IMG/VR virus record: IMGVR_UViG_3300005662_000026
Strand: one strand, 5' to 3'
Source of the DNA: an uncultured virus (IMG/VR IMGVR_UViG_3300005662_000026)
Lineage: Duplodnaviria; Heunggongvirae; Uroviricota; Caudoviricetes
Length of the DNA stretch: 55,099 bases
Both the position numbers and the translations under genes were made by a program. Shown here one piece after another: positions 8,335-18,454 of this stretch; the stretch's first letter is position 1, and each line of letters starts with the position of its first letter. A model generated the notes under the pieces. The model was not told the origin of the DNA. It made no database searches and saw only the letters and a list, made by a program, of their open reading frames with translations.

Positions 8335-11300
8335 ATGGCAACTTATCTTCAAGGAGTTACAGATTATATACCTCAGTTTCAACCCTTTCAGCCTGATTTA
8401 AACTTTTATGCAAATGCATTGCAGACAAAGCAAACTCAGTATGATTCAAATTATAAAGCATTAAACAATGTGTACGGTCAGTATTTTTATGCTGATCTTA
8501 CACATGGTGATAACGTTAAGAAAAAAGATGAATTACTTAAAGCAATTGATTTTAATCTTAAACGTGTCTCAGGTTTAGATTTATCATTAGAACAAAATGT
8601 TGAGCAAGCTACTCAAGTATTCAAACCATTCTATCAAGATAAGCATCTTATGAAAGATATGGCTTGGACTAAAAATACAAATAGTGAAAGAAACTATGCA
8701 GCTGGTTTAAAAAATGCTAGAGATGAGAAACAGAGAGCACAATATTGGGATGCAGGTATAAGAGCCATTGATTATAAAACTGAAGAATTCAAGAATGCTT
8801 CACTTGATGAAACAATGAATATTGGTAATGTAAGTTATACTCCATATGTTAATGTAATGGAGAAAGCTCAAAAGATTGCTAAGGATGCTGGTTTATCTGT
8901 TGAGACTGTAAACATGAGTCCTGATGGTAAATGGATTGTTAAAAACAAAAATGGTGAACAATTAATTCCTCAGTTATCACATTTATTTGAAGCTACTCTT
9001 GGAGCAGATCCAGCAGTAATGGATGTATATAGTACTCAAGCATATGTAAACAGAAAAGACTATGCATATTCTAATGCTGCACAATTTGGTGGAGATCAAA
9101 ATGCAGCTGAGATGAAGTATCTTTCTGAAAGTTATAATATGCTTAAAGCAGAAAATGAAGCTAGACAAGCTGAATTAGAAAAAACTAATGCTGTATATAA
9201 TAAGAAAGCAAGTAAAGTAGAAAAGGCTGTTGCAGAAAATAAAGCAACACCGGATACTGCAAGTTATTTGGAAAGATTAAATGAGGCAAGAAACATTAAC
9301 TCTAAATTACTTAGTTCTACACAAGAACATGTTTCAGCATTATCAAATGATAATGGTACCGCTACTACATCTTCAGGATTTGAAAATCCATATGGTGATA
9401 TTGAATCACTAAGATGGAAAGTAGATAATGCAATGGCTTCTAAGTTAATGCAAAAAGATCTATATGAAGCAGCTAATGTGTTTGCATATAAAGATGCTAA
9501 ACAAGACATGACTGCTAATCCATATGCTGTACAAGCTGAAGCACATGCATATAGAATGCAAGAACAAGCTTTTGCTGCAGCAAATAGAGAAAAGCTATTT
9601 AAAATGAAAATAGCTAATGAAATGGATAAAGCTGCACCTGCTCAAGAAGGTTATGAATGGGATAAAGATCCTAATAGCCCAACATTTGGAAGAGCTATAC
9701 CAAAAGAAGATGGTGATGAATACTTTACAGAAACAACAGCAGAAGGTTCAAGTACTGATATAGTTAACTTAAGAGATGTATCATCTAGTCAAACTGATAG
9801 GTTTATTGATAAAAACGTTGTTCCATATTTAAAGAACATGTTAGTAACAATGCAAGACTTAAAAGGTGAGTTAGATCAAGATGATATGCAGACTATATTT
9901 GGTGATAAAAATATGACTATTGAAAAATTTAATTCTCAATTAAATTCAGACCCATATAAGTTTATAAAAGGTACACTAGGTATATCTAAGTTGAAAAAAA
10001 TTACATCAGGTTTCCAAAAAGTTATAGCTCAAAACTATAACGTAGGTAATGATGCATTTACTGAAGCAGGTAATAAAATGAAAGGTTATACAACTTCATT
10101 AGATGATTTCTACAGACATGCAAATGAATTAGAAAAATGGAAAACAGAATCTAGAGATATTGTACTTAAACATGTTGAAGAACGTGTAGATAATAACTTA
10201 AAAGGTTATGTTAGTAAGATGTTTGATGCTAATGGTAGACAACTTACTAAAGAAGAATTTGTTAAAAAGTATCCACAAGGAATGGAAATTGGCCCTTTTA
10301 ATAGAGGTGAGTGGATAAAAATTGGTGGTAAAGATGTATATGCAACTAGTAAAAACATTGATAAATTAATTACTCAAGCAGGTGAAAATGAATTAAATAA
10401 TGGAACATATACAGGTGAAAGTTTAATAGAATATAGAAATAGAGATAAAGATAATAATTGGTTATCCTTTACTAGGCAAACAACTGATAAATCTAAGTTA
10501 GAACCAGGTAAAGAATATTTTAAACTTGATGGTAAATACGTTGAAATTACACCATCAAATAGAAAATGGTTAGTTGAAAAAGCAGGCAAACAAAAATTAT
10601 TTAATCCATTTGGCCAATTACCTTATGTTGATACAGCTAAATCATCAGGTGCAATATATGATAAACTTAAAGAAGCTATTCATAATGGTTATACTACCGC
10701 ACCAATTAAAAATACACCTCCAGGTATTGAGGCAATAGGTGATGTAAAAGATTCAGGATTAACAAATCTTAGAAGACAATCAATTAAAGTATATACTAAT
10801 ATACCTGAGTCAAGAGGTGCTGCTAACTTTAATGAGATTAAAAGAAACATTAATGAAATTGGTTTTGATAATATTGATATTGCATATGAAGGCCCTACAA
10901 AGTCTTCAAAAACATTTAATAAAAATACAGGTAGAGCATTTATTCAAGCAATATTTGATGAAGCATCTAAACCTAAAAGTATATTAAATGGATTTAAAAT
11001 ATCTGCACAAGCAATAGCACAGAACAATGCAAATAAAGGTGCAATTATTATTTATCCAAATGCTGAATTCTTAAAGAAATATACTTATACAATTGACAGT
11101 GAAGGTAAAAAGAAAGGTGTAGGTTTAATAAGTGAAGATGAAGCAAACTATGTATTAAACAATGGTGTATCATTAGTAACTGATAAAAAGAATTGGAATA
11201 ACAGTTTATTTGAATCTACATATGTGACTCCACTTGAGGCAAGTGTTAACTACAGTAAAGAAGTAAAAATTCAAGACCCTAATGATATGTCAGGTATGAA

Positions 11301-11517
11301 CTTTATTACACTTAGTAAAGATGATATAATGGGTGGTTATAAATATGATTTTGGTTATAAAGTATGGGATCCAATAAATAAAGTATACTCTGCTGCTGTA
11401 GTGCCAGGTAGAGGTGTTACAAGTGGTGCTGAATTAGAACAAAGAAGACAACAAGCTTTTTCTTATTGGCAACAAACTTTAGAAATTAATAATGAAAACT
11501 TTCAAAGCAATCAGTAA
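8335..11517 (+). CDS. Large virion (internal/ejection) protein
   Basis: 1060-aa ORF, no Cys seen, helical N-terminal half (YIPQFQPFQPD start); stop overlaps the next ATG (TAATG). Confidence 0.7.
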   Translation: MATYLQGVTDYIPQFQPFQPDLNFYANALQTKQTQYDSNYKALNNVYGQYFYADLTHGDNVKKKDELLKAIDFNLKRVSGLDLSLEQNVEQATQVFKPFYQDKHLMKDMAWTKNTNSERNYAAGLKNARDEKQRAQYWDAGIRAIDYKTEEFKNASLDETMNIGNVSYTPYVNVMEKAQKIAKDAGLSVETVNMSPDGKWIVKNKNGEQLIPQLSHLFEATLGADPAVMDVYSTQAYVNRKDYAYSNAAQFGGDQNAAEMKYLSESYNMLKAENEARQAELEKTNAVYNKKASKVEKAVAENKATPDTASYLERLNEARNINSKLLSSTQEHVSALSNDNGTATTSSGFENPYGDIESLRWKVDNAMASKLMQKDLYEAANVFAYKDAKQDMTANPYAVQAEAHAYRMQEQAFAAANREKLFKMKIANEMDKAAPAQEGYEWDKDPNSPTFGRAIPKEDGDEYFTETTAEGSSTDIVNLRDVSSSQTDRFIDKNVVPYLKNMLVTMQDLKGELDQDDMQTIFGDKNMTIEKFNSQLNSDPYKFIKGTLGISKLKKITSGFQKVIAQNYNVGNDAFTEAGNKMKGYTTSLDDFYRHANELEKWKTESRDIVLKHVEERVDNNLKGYVSKMFDANGRQLTKEEFVKKYPQGMEIGPFNRGEWIKIGGKDVYATSKNIDKLITQAGENELNNGTYTGESLIEYRNRDKDNNWLSFTRQTTDKSKLEPGKEYFKLDGKYVEITPSNRKWLVEKAGKQKLFNPFGQLPYVDTAKSSGAIYDKLKEAIHNGYTTAPIKNTPPGIEAIGDVKDSGLTNLRRQSIKVYTNIPESRGAANFNEIKRNINEIGFDNIDIAYEGPTKSSKTFNKNTGRAFIQAIFDEASKPKSILNGFKISAQAIAQNNANKGAIIIYPNAEFLKKYTYTIDSEGKKKGVGLISEDEANYVLNNGVSLVTDKKNWNNSLFESTYVTPLEASVNYSKEVKIQDPNDMSGMNFITLSKDDIMGGYKYDFGYKVWDPINKVYSAAVVPGRGVTSGAELEQRRQQAFSYWQQTLEINNENFQSNQ

Positions 11518-14500
11518 TGGAAAATAATAGCTCACTAGATCCACTAGGACCAGAATTTGGTAAAGTAAATGCACCAGCAATTAACTCTAAAAGTATGTCT
11601 GCATTTGAAGGAGATTTATTAAGAGATAATAAAATTAATTTCCGTCCAGTCACACCACCATTAAGTTCAACACATCCTAATTATGAAATACAGGATAGTA
11701 TTACAGGGCATGCACCAAGTATACCAAGTAGTAAAAATCCAAGAAAAAATGTTTCTGTTAAAGAAATTAAAGATGCAATTGGTAAAAGCTTTGTCATGCA
11801 AGCAGATGCAACACATGATAAAAGTCAATATGCTAGAGTAAATGCTTATAATGCTGGACCATCCGGTAACTCTTTTTATAAAAGATATGCAGCATATGGT
11901 CAAAAGAAATTTGATGAAGTTGGTTTTTCTCCATTAAGAAATAATGAGGCAATGTTTAATGCCAATACAACTATAGGGGATGACTTTACAAGAATGATGA
12001 AAAACTCATTTGTACCATTATTTACTAGAGGTTTTGTATCTGGCCCAAAGAGTTTAATTAAAATGATGCAAGGTGACTTCAGTCCAGATACTGAAGATGC
12101 AAGAGCATATGAGAATGCAGCAGCTATTGGACAATCATCTAGAAAAGGTTTTGGTGCATTCTTTAATAATACTGCAATGAGTTTTTCTTATACAGCAGGT
12201 ATTATAAGTGAAGCTATTCTTGAAGAAGCTGCAGGTGCACTTCTTTCACCATTAACAGGAGGTGGTTCATTCTTTGCTGCAACTGCTAATAATGCAAGAA
12301 AAATAGGTAAACTTGGTAGTGCTACTGATTTAGCAATGGATGGATATAAAGCTGTTAATACTACACTTAAAGAAGCTAATAGTATTGATGGTGCTAGAAG
12401 AATGTGGCAAGCAGCTGAAAATATTGGTAAAAATAAAGCTTTTAAATTTTTAAATCCACTTGAGAATACATTTGATGCTGCAGTTGGAATTGGTAAAAAT
12501 GCTGATAACTTAACAGGATTAGCAAGACTTGCACAAGGTACAAGTAAAACAGCTGGTGGATTATTTAGAGATATTAGAAACATAAATATGGCTTTAGCTG
12601 AAGCACGCCTTGAAGGAGGTATGACTCAGAATAAAATATATGATTCAGCATATGATGCATTCTATAAAAAAAATAATAGAGCCCCTACAAATGAAGAGCA
12701 ATATGAAATAACTAAGCTTGCAAAAGAAGCCGGTATGAATACATTAATGTGGAATACCGCAATCATCATGGCTAGTAACAAAGTTGTTTTGCCTAATTTA
12801 TTAAAATCAGGTGTATCTAAAAGTGCAATGAAATCTAAGATTGATGATGTACTTGCTATGAAAGGTGGTAAAATTACTTTTCAAAAAGGTGTAGCTGAAG
12901 AAGGTAAAAAAGTTGCTAAAGGTACATTTGAATTTGTTGAAGACTCATTTAAAAATTCATTAAAAGGATTTAAAGCTGCTCCAATAAAAACAACTGCTAA
13001 GATAGCTGGAAGATACTTGAAAGCTAACTTAATGGAAGGTGTTCAAGAAAACTTACAGGAAACAATATCATATGCAAATGAAAACTATTATTTAAATGCA
13101 TATAAGAATAAAGAACTAGGAGCCCATTTATATAATAGAGCACAAAGTTCTTTAAGGTATGAAGGATTCACAAACCAGTTTAGTGCACAAGGTTTTGAAA
13201 CTTTTGCTTCTGGTGCTTTAATGGGGTTATTCTCCGGAGGTTTAGGAGCAGTAAAATCAGGTATAGACTTTGCCTACAATAAAACATTAAATAAAGAACA
13301 GTATAATAAATATAAAGAGTTAAGAAAAACTCATGGAGAATCTGTAGCAAAAAGACTAACAGACTTGTATGCAGATCCTAAAGAGTTCTTTAACTCAAGA
13401 ATATTTAATTATGGTGTACAAAATAATGCAGTAGCAGATAGTGAAGATGCTGATACTAAACTAGCAAAGGATATTAAAAGAGAAGCATTTGCATCTCAAG
13501 TATATACTGCACTAGATACAAATACTATTAACTACTTTAAAGACCACATTGCATCATTTAAAACTACAACTCCAGAAGAGTTTGAAGAAGCATTTGGATT
13601 TGAACAGGGTACAGGAGCTAAAGAACAGATGAGAATTGATTCTATATTAGATAATATAGAGACAATGCAAAAATCATATGACTATGCTAAAAACAGATTC
13701 CCTAATCCAGTTGATTCAAGTCAGTATGAACAAGGTACTCCAGAATATGAGAGTGCTGCTTTATTTGAAAGAGCATGGGATAATGGTGTTAAAAACTATG
13801 TATTTAATAATGATGCATTCATAGATACAACAAAAAGAATGTCATCTATTATTGGCAGCTTTATTGAAAATCCATCAATGCAAAACATGTCTCAAACAGA
13901 TGTGAACTTAATATTTAAACCTAACAATATTGCTAAGGAAAAAATATTACTTAAAAATGAAATTGCTGGTTTAAAAGAGTCTAATGACCCTACATTAAAG
14001 GACCAGATTAGAATTAAAGAAAACAAGTTAAATGCATTAGAAAAATTCTCTGATGCATACTTTAAACGTGATGCATATAAAAATAGAACTAATGCTAATG
14101 CTATATTAGAAGCTTATAAAAAAGAACAAGATATCAGTGAGTTATCTGAAGCTGAGAAAGAAGAAATATTAAACATTGCATTTGGTGAAAAAAATGCAGA
14201 GAATGATTATAAGAACAGAGCTGAATTAGAACTTGCATATAAAGATTTTTTAAAAGCCTCTAATGACATTGATGGTGCTTATATATTTGATACTGATGCA
14301 GATAAAGGGTTTGAAGAATTACTTGATTACTATAATCTAGATGCAGAGTCTAAACAATTAGTTACATATATTAATTTATTACATAGTCCTCAAGGATTCA
14401 TGGAACAGGTTGAGAAATCTCAAACTTGGATGAGTGATATGTATAATAACAGACATCAGTACTATACTGATATGGTTAATAAATACATGTCAGGTGTAGA

Positions 14501-17500
14501 GAATAATGAAGCATTAAATGCATTAGCAGATATGAATGTATTCATAGATTTAGATGCATTCCAAGCATACATGAATGATGATATCTTACCTGATGAATTT
14601 ATTGATGAAACTACTAAACAAGTAATACCAAAAGGTACTCAGAGATACAATGAGCTTTTAAATATTCTATTTATTAATAAAACAATAAAAGCTGAAGATG
14701 CAATTGCTCCATCTATGGACCAGAATCTACAGACTAAGCTTGATACTCTTGATGACCAAGAGCAAAAAGCAATAGAAGCATTACCTAAGATTGAATCAAT
14801 TACTACTGTTAAACGTGTTGTAGCTAAAGACAAACCTTTAACTCTAAAAGATATATACCAAGATATTGATGATAGTCAATATGTAGATGCTATATATGAA
14901 GGTAGTGATCAAAAGATTACATTGTATTTATCATTTGAAGGTACATTAAAATTAAATGATGCTTCAGGTGAAGTTGTTAATCATGAGACAGTTAAAGATA
15001 AGTTTTCTGAATATACTATTTATAAGAAATCTATGGTACCGGATCCTGAGTCTGTTAAAGATATTAAGGATAAGTATGATAATCTTAGAGAAGAGGCAGC
15101 AGAAAACTTTGCTCAGAAAAAAGCAAAAACAAAAGCTGATGTATATTCTAATTATACTCCAGTAGATGAGTTACCACAAGATTTATACAAAGAGTTACAA
15201 GAAACATTTCAACAAACTGATATTGCTATACAGGCTGATGAAGATGACACAAGTGATGAAGAGTTAATGGATTTATTTAAAGCATTTGTTAAAAATAATC
15301 CATTAGCTGAAGATGTTATTAATAATTATAACAACAAAAGTAAAGATGCTGCTGAGAAAGAAAAACTTGGTGAGATAGATGACTTTGATTTTATATTAAA
15401 TAATAAAAAATTAAACACTACTAATTACTCTACTACTGATATAAAAGAGTTTAAGAAACAGTTTGAAACATTAAGAGATAATACTGATAAGACAATTGAA
15501 AAGACTGTGTATCAGGATATTATAAATAAATTTGACAGACTTATATCAACAAGAGAAGTAAAATCTTTTACACCAGAAGTACAAGAAATAATTAAAACCA
15601 TTAAAAATGAATTAACTGCTAAACAAAACAAGATTGAAAAAATTACTGATCTTGGTTATAAGGTAAATGGTCAGTTACTTGAAAGAGTAACAAACTTTAT
15701 CCAGCAGTTTAAAACTGATAAGTACAAATATTCAGGTGAAAAAATAATTAATAAAGCATTTGAAAATACAATTGCTGCTGCTGGTTTAAAAGACACAACT
15801 ATTAATTCATTTATTAAAGAATTAAGAAAAGGATTACATGTTGATTCTACTAATAAAAACTATGGATATACTGATGATACTGAAAACATCATTAAAAAAC
15901 ATTTAAAAGATATACTTGATAAAGGACTTGATAAAACTTTATATAAAGATAAACAAGAACTATTAGATAGTATTCAAGCAGTAATAAGTGAAAATGCATA
16001 TGAAGCATCTAGAGTAGCAGGTAATTATGTTGATGAACAGTTAAGAAGAATATTTACTAAAGGTGAAGCTCCAGTATTTGATGAAAAGAAAATAACTAAA
16101 GAAGCTTATGATAAATTATTTGGGCCAACTAGTTTTATTAAAGAAATCAAACAGAAAGTTGACTCTGGTGAGTTATATACATTAGCCACTGGGCTTAAAG
16201 TATATGACGTAGATGCTAATGTAGCTGGTGAGATGGATTTATTACTTATTGATAAAGCAGGTAAATTACATATCATAGATTTTAAAACAGGTACAGAATC
16301 TAAGTGGAATGGATTTGTAGATAAATCAGATTTTGGTTTAAGTAAACTTGAGGATTATACTTTACAGCAATATACTTATGCTAGGTTATTGAAAAAAATG
16401 ACTGGCTTAGATGCTGATATAAACATATTCCCAATAGAAACTAAACTTGATCAGAATAATAAATTAATAACAGATGCTAATGATCCTACTAATAAAAAAT
16501 TAACAGGAACAGGTAAATGGTATTTTTCATTAGACCCTAATTTTTCTGATGCTAAAGCTAAGATAGATAAAGCAATTCCTATTGAAGCACCAGGTATTAA
16601 AGTTGCAACATCTATTAATCCAGTTTATAAGAAACAACTTAAAAATATTGGGTACCCAGATGAGTTAATTAACACTTTTACTAAAGAAGAAGCAGCTAAG
16701 TATACTAAGATTCCATACAGTGAATATGTTAAATTAAACAGTGTATCATCATTTGAACCTACTATAGACGCTACAGACATAGAAAGAAGAAGACAAGAAG
16801 ATTTACAAAATGGGGAGTTATTTTTAATGAATGATGGTACTTATGGAGGTAGTAGAAATGTCTCATTAAACTTTTATTCTGATGTACAAATAAAGGAAGG
16901 AAATCCTGAAGGAGATATTAGAACATGGGATTATAAAAACTATGATGGTACAGGTATTTTTGTTAATAAAAAATTAGGTATTGCATATATAGTACCTAAT
17001 AATACTTTTTCTAAAACACCACAAGTATTTAAGGTGTTTATGGATAGAAATACATTTAAATTTGACTTAAATAATCCAAGGTTAATTAATAGACCAAATA
17101 TTGAGACTTCTGCAAAAGCATACAATGTAAGTGCAGATAATTATTATAATGAAGTTTTAAATGCTGTAACTAAATATGATGCAGAATTAGCTGCTATAGA
17201 AAAAACTACTGAAAATAAATCAGTTGTTGAACCAGTACTAGATACTACAGAAATAGAAAAAAGAAGAAATAAAGCATATAGCAATATACGTTTTAATTAT
17301 TCAACTGATAGTGGTTACTATGGAGTGTACACTAATGCAAAAGGTGAAGAAGAAGTAGTAGAAGGCTGGAATCAAAATAAAGTTAAAGAAAAGCTTAAAG
17401 AAAAATATGATGCAGAATTATCTACTGTTGGTACTACAGATGCTAAAGCTGATATAGAAAGAAAGCCTGATGAATCTGTAAAAGATTTTATAGAAAGGTT

Positions 17501-18443
17501 ATTTTCTAATAACTATCTTATAGAAGTAGATGGAAAACAAATATTCAGTTTAACACAAGGAAGATGGGGAGTTGTCGTTAATATAGATGGTATACAAGTA
17601 CCATTTTATCAATCTACTTCTGGTACAGATACTAAAGTTAAAGGTCAGTGGTATCCGTTTTTTGGAGATCAAGGTAATTGGGTTATAAAAGGAAACAGTG
17701 TTGATTCTGAATCAGGATATGGATTTAAACAAATTAATGCTGTTCAAAATTTTCTTAATAAAAATATTACAGAAACAGATGCAATTGCTTTAAGCAGTAT
17801 TATATCTAAAGAAGTTCTTCAGAATCAAAGTTCTTTGAGAGTACTAGATGAATCTAAAATAAAAGGTAATGAAAAAATATCTTTAAATAAAGAAGCAACT
17901 GCAAAAAGATTAGCAAATGTAGCAGGTTACTCACTTGAAGAAGGCAGAAAAACTAAATCAGATTTAGAATTATTTAATTTAGCATCTAAAAAAATATTTA
18001 CAGAACTAGCTACTTTAGAAAATAATGTTACAGCTACAAAAGCATCTGAACTTAATCTTCAAAAAGGTGATACAGTAATTGTTAAAGAACCAATAATGGA
18101 TAAAGATAAGGTGTTTGCTGATACAGGTAGTACATTAACTGTTTTGAAATCTGATGAAAAATCAGTATCTTTTACATACGGAAATGATGAAAAAACATTA
18201 ACTTTACCTGAAATGGATAAACACGTTACAACAATGGGAATTGAGGAAGTAAAACAAGCAGAAAAAACACAAGAGGTTTTGGATGCAATTGATAAACAGA
18301 CAGTTACAGAAACAATTAATGCATTAACTGATTTTATTGGTGACAAAAAAGCAATTGAAAATGCTATTAATAAAGCTTCATCTAATGATGTAACAGCTGA
18401 AGAACTTACAAATGATTTACTTGAAGATTTATCTTGTAAATAA
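11517..18443 (+). CDS. Giant virion ejection protein with PD-(D/E)xK nuclease domain and C-terminal variable cassettes
   Basis: 2308 aa; G/A-rich hydrophobic segments in the N-terminal quarter; AGEMDLLLID...IIDFKT...YTLQQYTY nuclease motif at ~16180-16400; single Cys at the penultimate residue. Confidence 0.75.
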   Translation: MENNSSLDPLGPEFGKVNAPAINSKSMSAFEGDLLRDNKINFRPVTPPLSSTHPNYEIQDSITGHAPSIPSSKNPRKNVSVKEIKDAIGKSFVMQADATHDKSQYARVNAYNAGPSGNSFYKRYAAYGQKKFDEVGFSPLRNNEAMFNANTTIGDDFTRMMKNSFVPLFTRGFVSGPKSLIKMMQGDFSPDTEDARAYENAAAIGQSSRKGFGAFFNNTAMSFSYTAGIISEAILEEAAGALLSPLTGGGSFFAATANNARKIGKLGSATDLAMDGYKAVNTTLKEANSIDGARRMWQAAENIGKNKAFKFLNPLENTFDAAVGIGKNADNLTGLARLAQGTSKTAGGLFRDIRNINMALAEARLEGGMTQNKIYDSAYDAFYKKNNRAPTNEEQYEITKLAKEAGMNTLMWNTAIIMASNKVVLPNLLKSGVSKSAMKSKIDDVLAMKGGKITFQKGVAEEGKKVAKGTFEFVEDSFKNSLKGFKAAPIKTTAKIAGRYLKANLMEGVQENLQETISYANENYYLNAYKNKELGAHLYNRAQSSLRYEGFTNQFSAQGFETFASGALMGLFSGGLGAVKSGIDFAYNKTLNKEQYNKYKELRKTHGESVAKRLTDLYADPKEFFNSRIFNYGVQNNAVADSEDADTKLAKDIKREAFASQVYTALDTNTINYFKDHIASFKTTTPEEFEEAFGFEQGTGAKEQMRIDSILDNIETMQKSYDYAKNRFPNPVDSSQYEQGTPEYESAALFERAWDNGVKNYVFNNDAFIDTTKRMSSIIGSFIENPSMQNMSQTDVNLIFKPNNIAKEKILLKNEIAGLKESNDPTLKDQIRIKENKLNALEKFSDAYFKRDAYKNRTNANAILEAYKKEQDISELSEAEKEEILNIAFGEKNAENDYKNRAELELAYKDFLKASNDIDGAYIFDTDADKGFEELLDYYNLDAESKQLVTYINLLHSPQGFMEQVEKSQTWMSDMYNNRHQYYTDMVNKYMSGVENNEALNALADMNVFIDLDAFQAYMNDDILPDEFIDETTKQVIPKGTQRYNELLNILFINKTIKAEDAIAPSMDQNLQTKLDTLDDQEQKAIEALPKIESITTVKRVVAKDKPLTLKDIYQDIDDSQYVDAIYEGSDQKITLYLSFEGTLKLNDASGEVVNHETVKDKFSEYTIYKKSMVPDPESVKDIKDKYDNLREEAAENFAQKKAKTKADVYSNYTPVDELPQDLYKELQETFQQTDIAIQADEDDTSDEELMDLFKAFVKNNPLAEDVINNYNNKSKDAAEKEKLGEIDDFDFILNNKKLNTTNYSTTDIKEFKKQFETLRDNTDKTIEKTVYQDIINKFDRLISTREVKSFTPEVQEIIKTIKNELTAKQNKIEKITDLGYKVNGQLLERVTNFIQQFKTDKYKYSGEKIINKAFENTIAAAGLKDTTINSFIKELRKGLHVDSTNKNYGYTDDTENIIKKHLKDILDKGLDKTLYKDKQELLDSIQAVISENAYEASRVAGNYVDEQLRRIFTKGEAPVFDEKKITKEAYDKLFGPTSFIKEIKQKVDSGELYTLATGLKVYDVDANVAGEMDLLLIDKAGKLHIIDFKTGTESKWNGFVDKSDFGLSKLEDYTLQQYTYARLLKKMTGLDADINIFPIETKLDQNNKLITDANDPTNKKLTGTGKWYFSLDPNFSDAKAKIDKAIPIEAPGIKVATSINPVYKKQLKNIGYPDELINTFTKEEAAKYTKIPYSEYVKLNSVSSFEPTIDATDIERRRQEDLQNGELFLMNDGTYGGSRNVSLNFYSDVQIKEGNPEGDIRTWDYKNYDGTGIFVNKKLGIAYIVPNNTFSKTPQVFKVFMDRNTFKFDLNNPRLINRPNIETSAKAYNVSADNYYNEVLNAVTKYDAELAAIEKTTENKSVVEPVLDTTEIEKRRNKAYSNIRFNYSTDSGYYGVYTNAKGEEEVVEGWNQNKVKEKLKEKYDAELSTVGTTDAKADIERKPDESVKDFIERLFSNNYLIEVDGKQIFSLTQGRWGVVVNIDGIQVPFYQSTSGTDTKVKGQWYPFFGDQGNWVIKGNSVDSESGYGFKQINAVQNFLNKNITETDAIALSSIISKEVLQNQSSLRVLDESKIKGNEKISLNKEATAKRLANVAGYSLEEGRKTKSDLELFNLASKKIFTELATLENNVTATKASELNLQKGDTVIVKEPIMDKDKVFADTGSTLTVLKSDEKSVSFTYGNDEKTLTLPEMDKHVTTMGIEEVKQAEKTQEVLDAIDKQTVTETINALTDFIGDKKAIENAINKASSNDVTAEELTNDLLEDLSCK
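16767..18020 (+). repeat. Three intragenic cassettes bounded by (D/E)IE(R/K)R... and ...KYDAEL/ELAxxE repeats
   Basis: DIERRRQEDL(16776)...KYDAELAAIE(17172); EIEKRRNKA(17250)...KYDAELSTVG(17403); DAKADIERK(17439)...FTELATLE(17997). The 18-nt aaatatgatgcagaatta occurs exactly at 17172 and 17403. Confidence 0.75.
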
Positions 18444-18454
18444 AATTATTAAAT

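Noticed and set aside
16767..18020. CRISPR array or diversity-generating retroelement explanation for the repeats
   Set aside because: Repeats are in-frame protein motifs with irregular long spacers; there is no reverse transcriptase, no TR/VR pair and no cas genes in the window.
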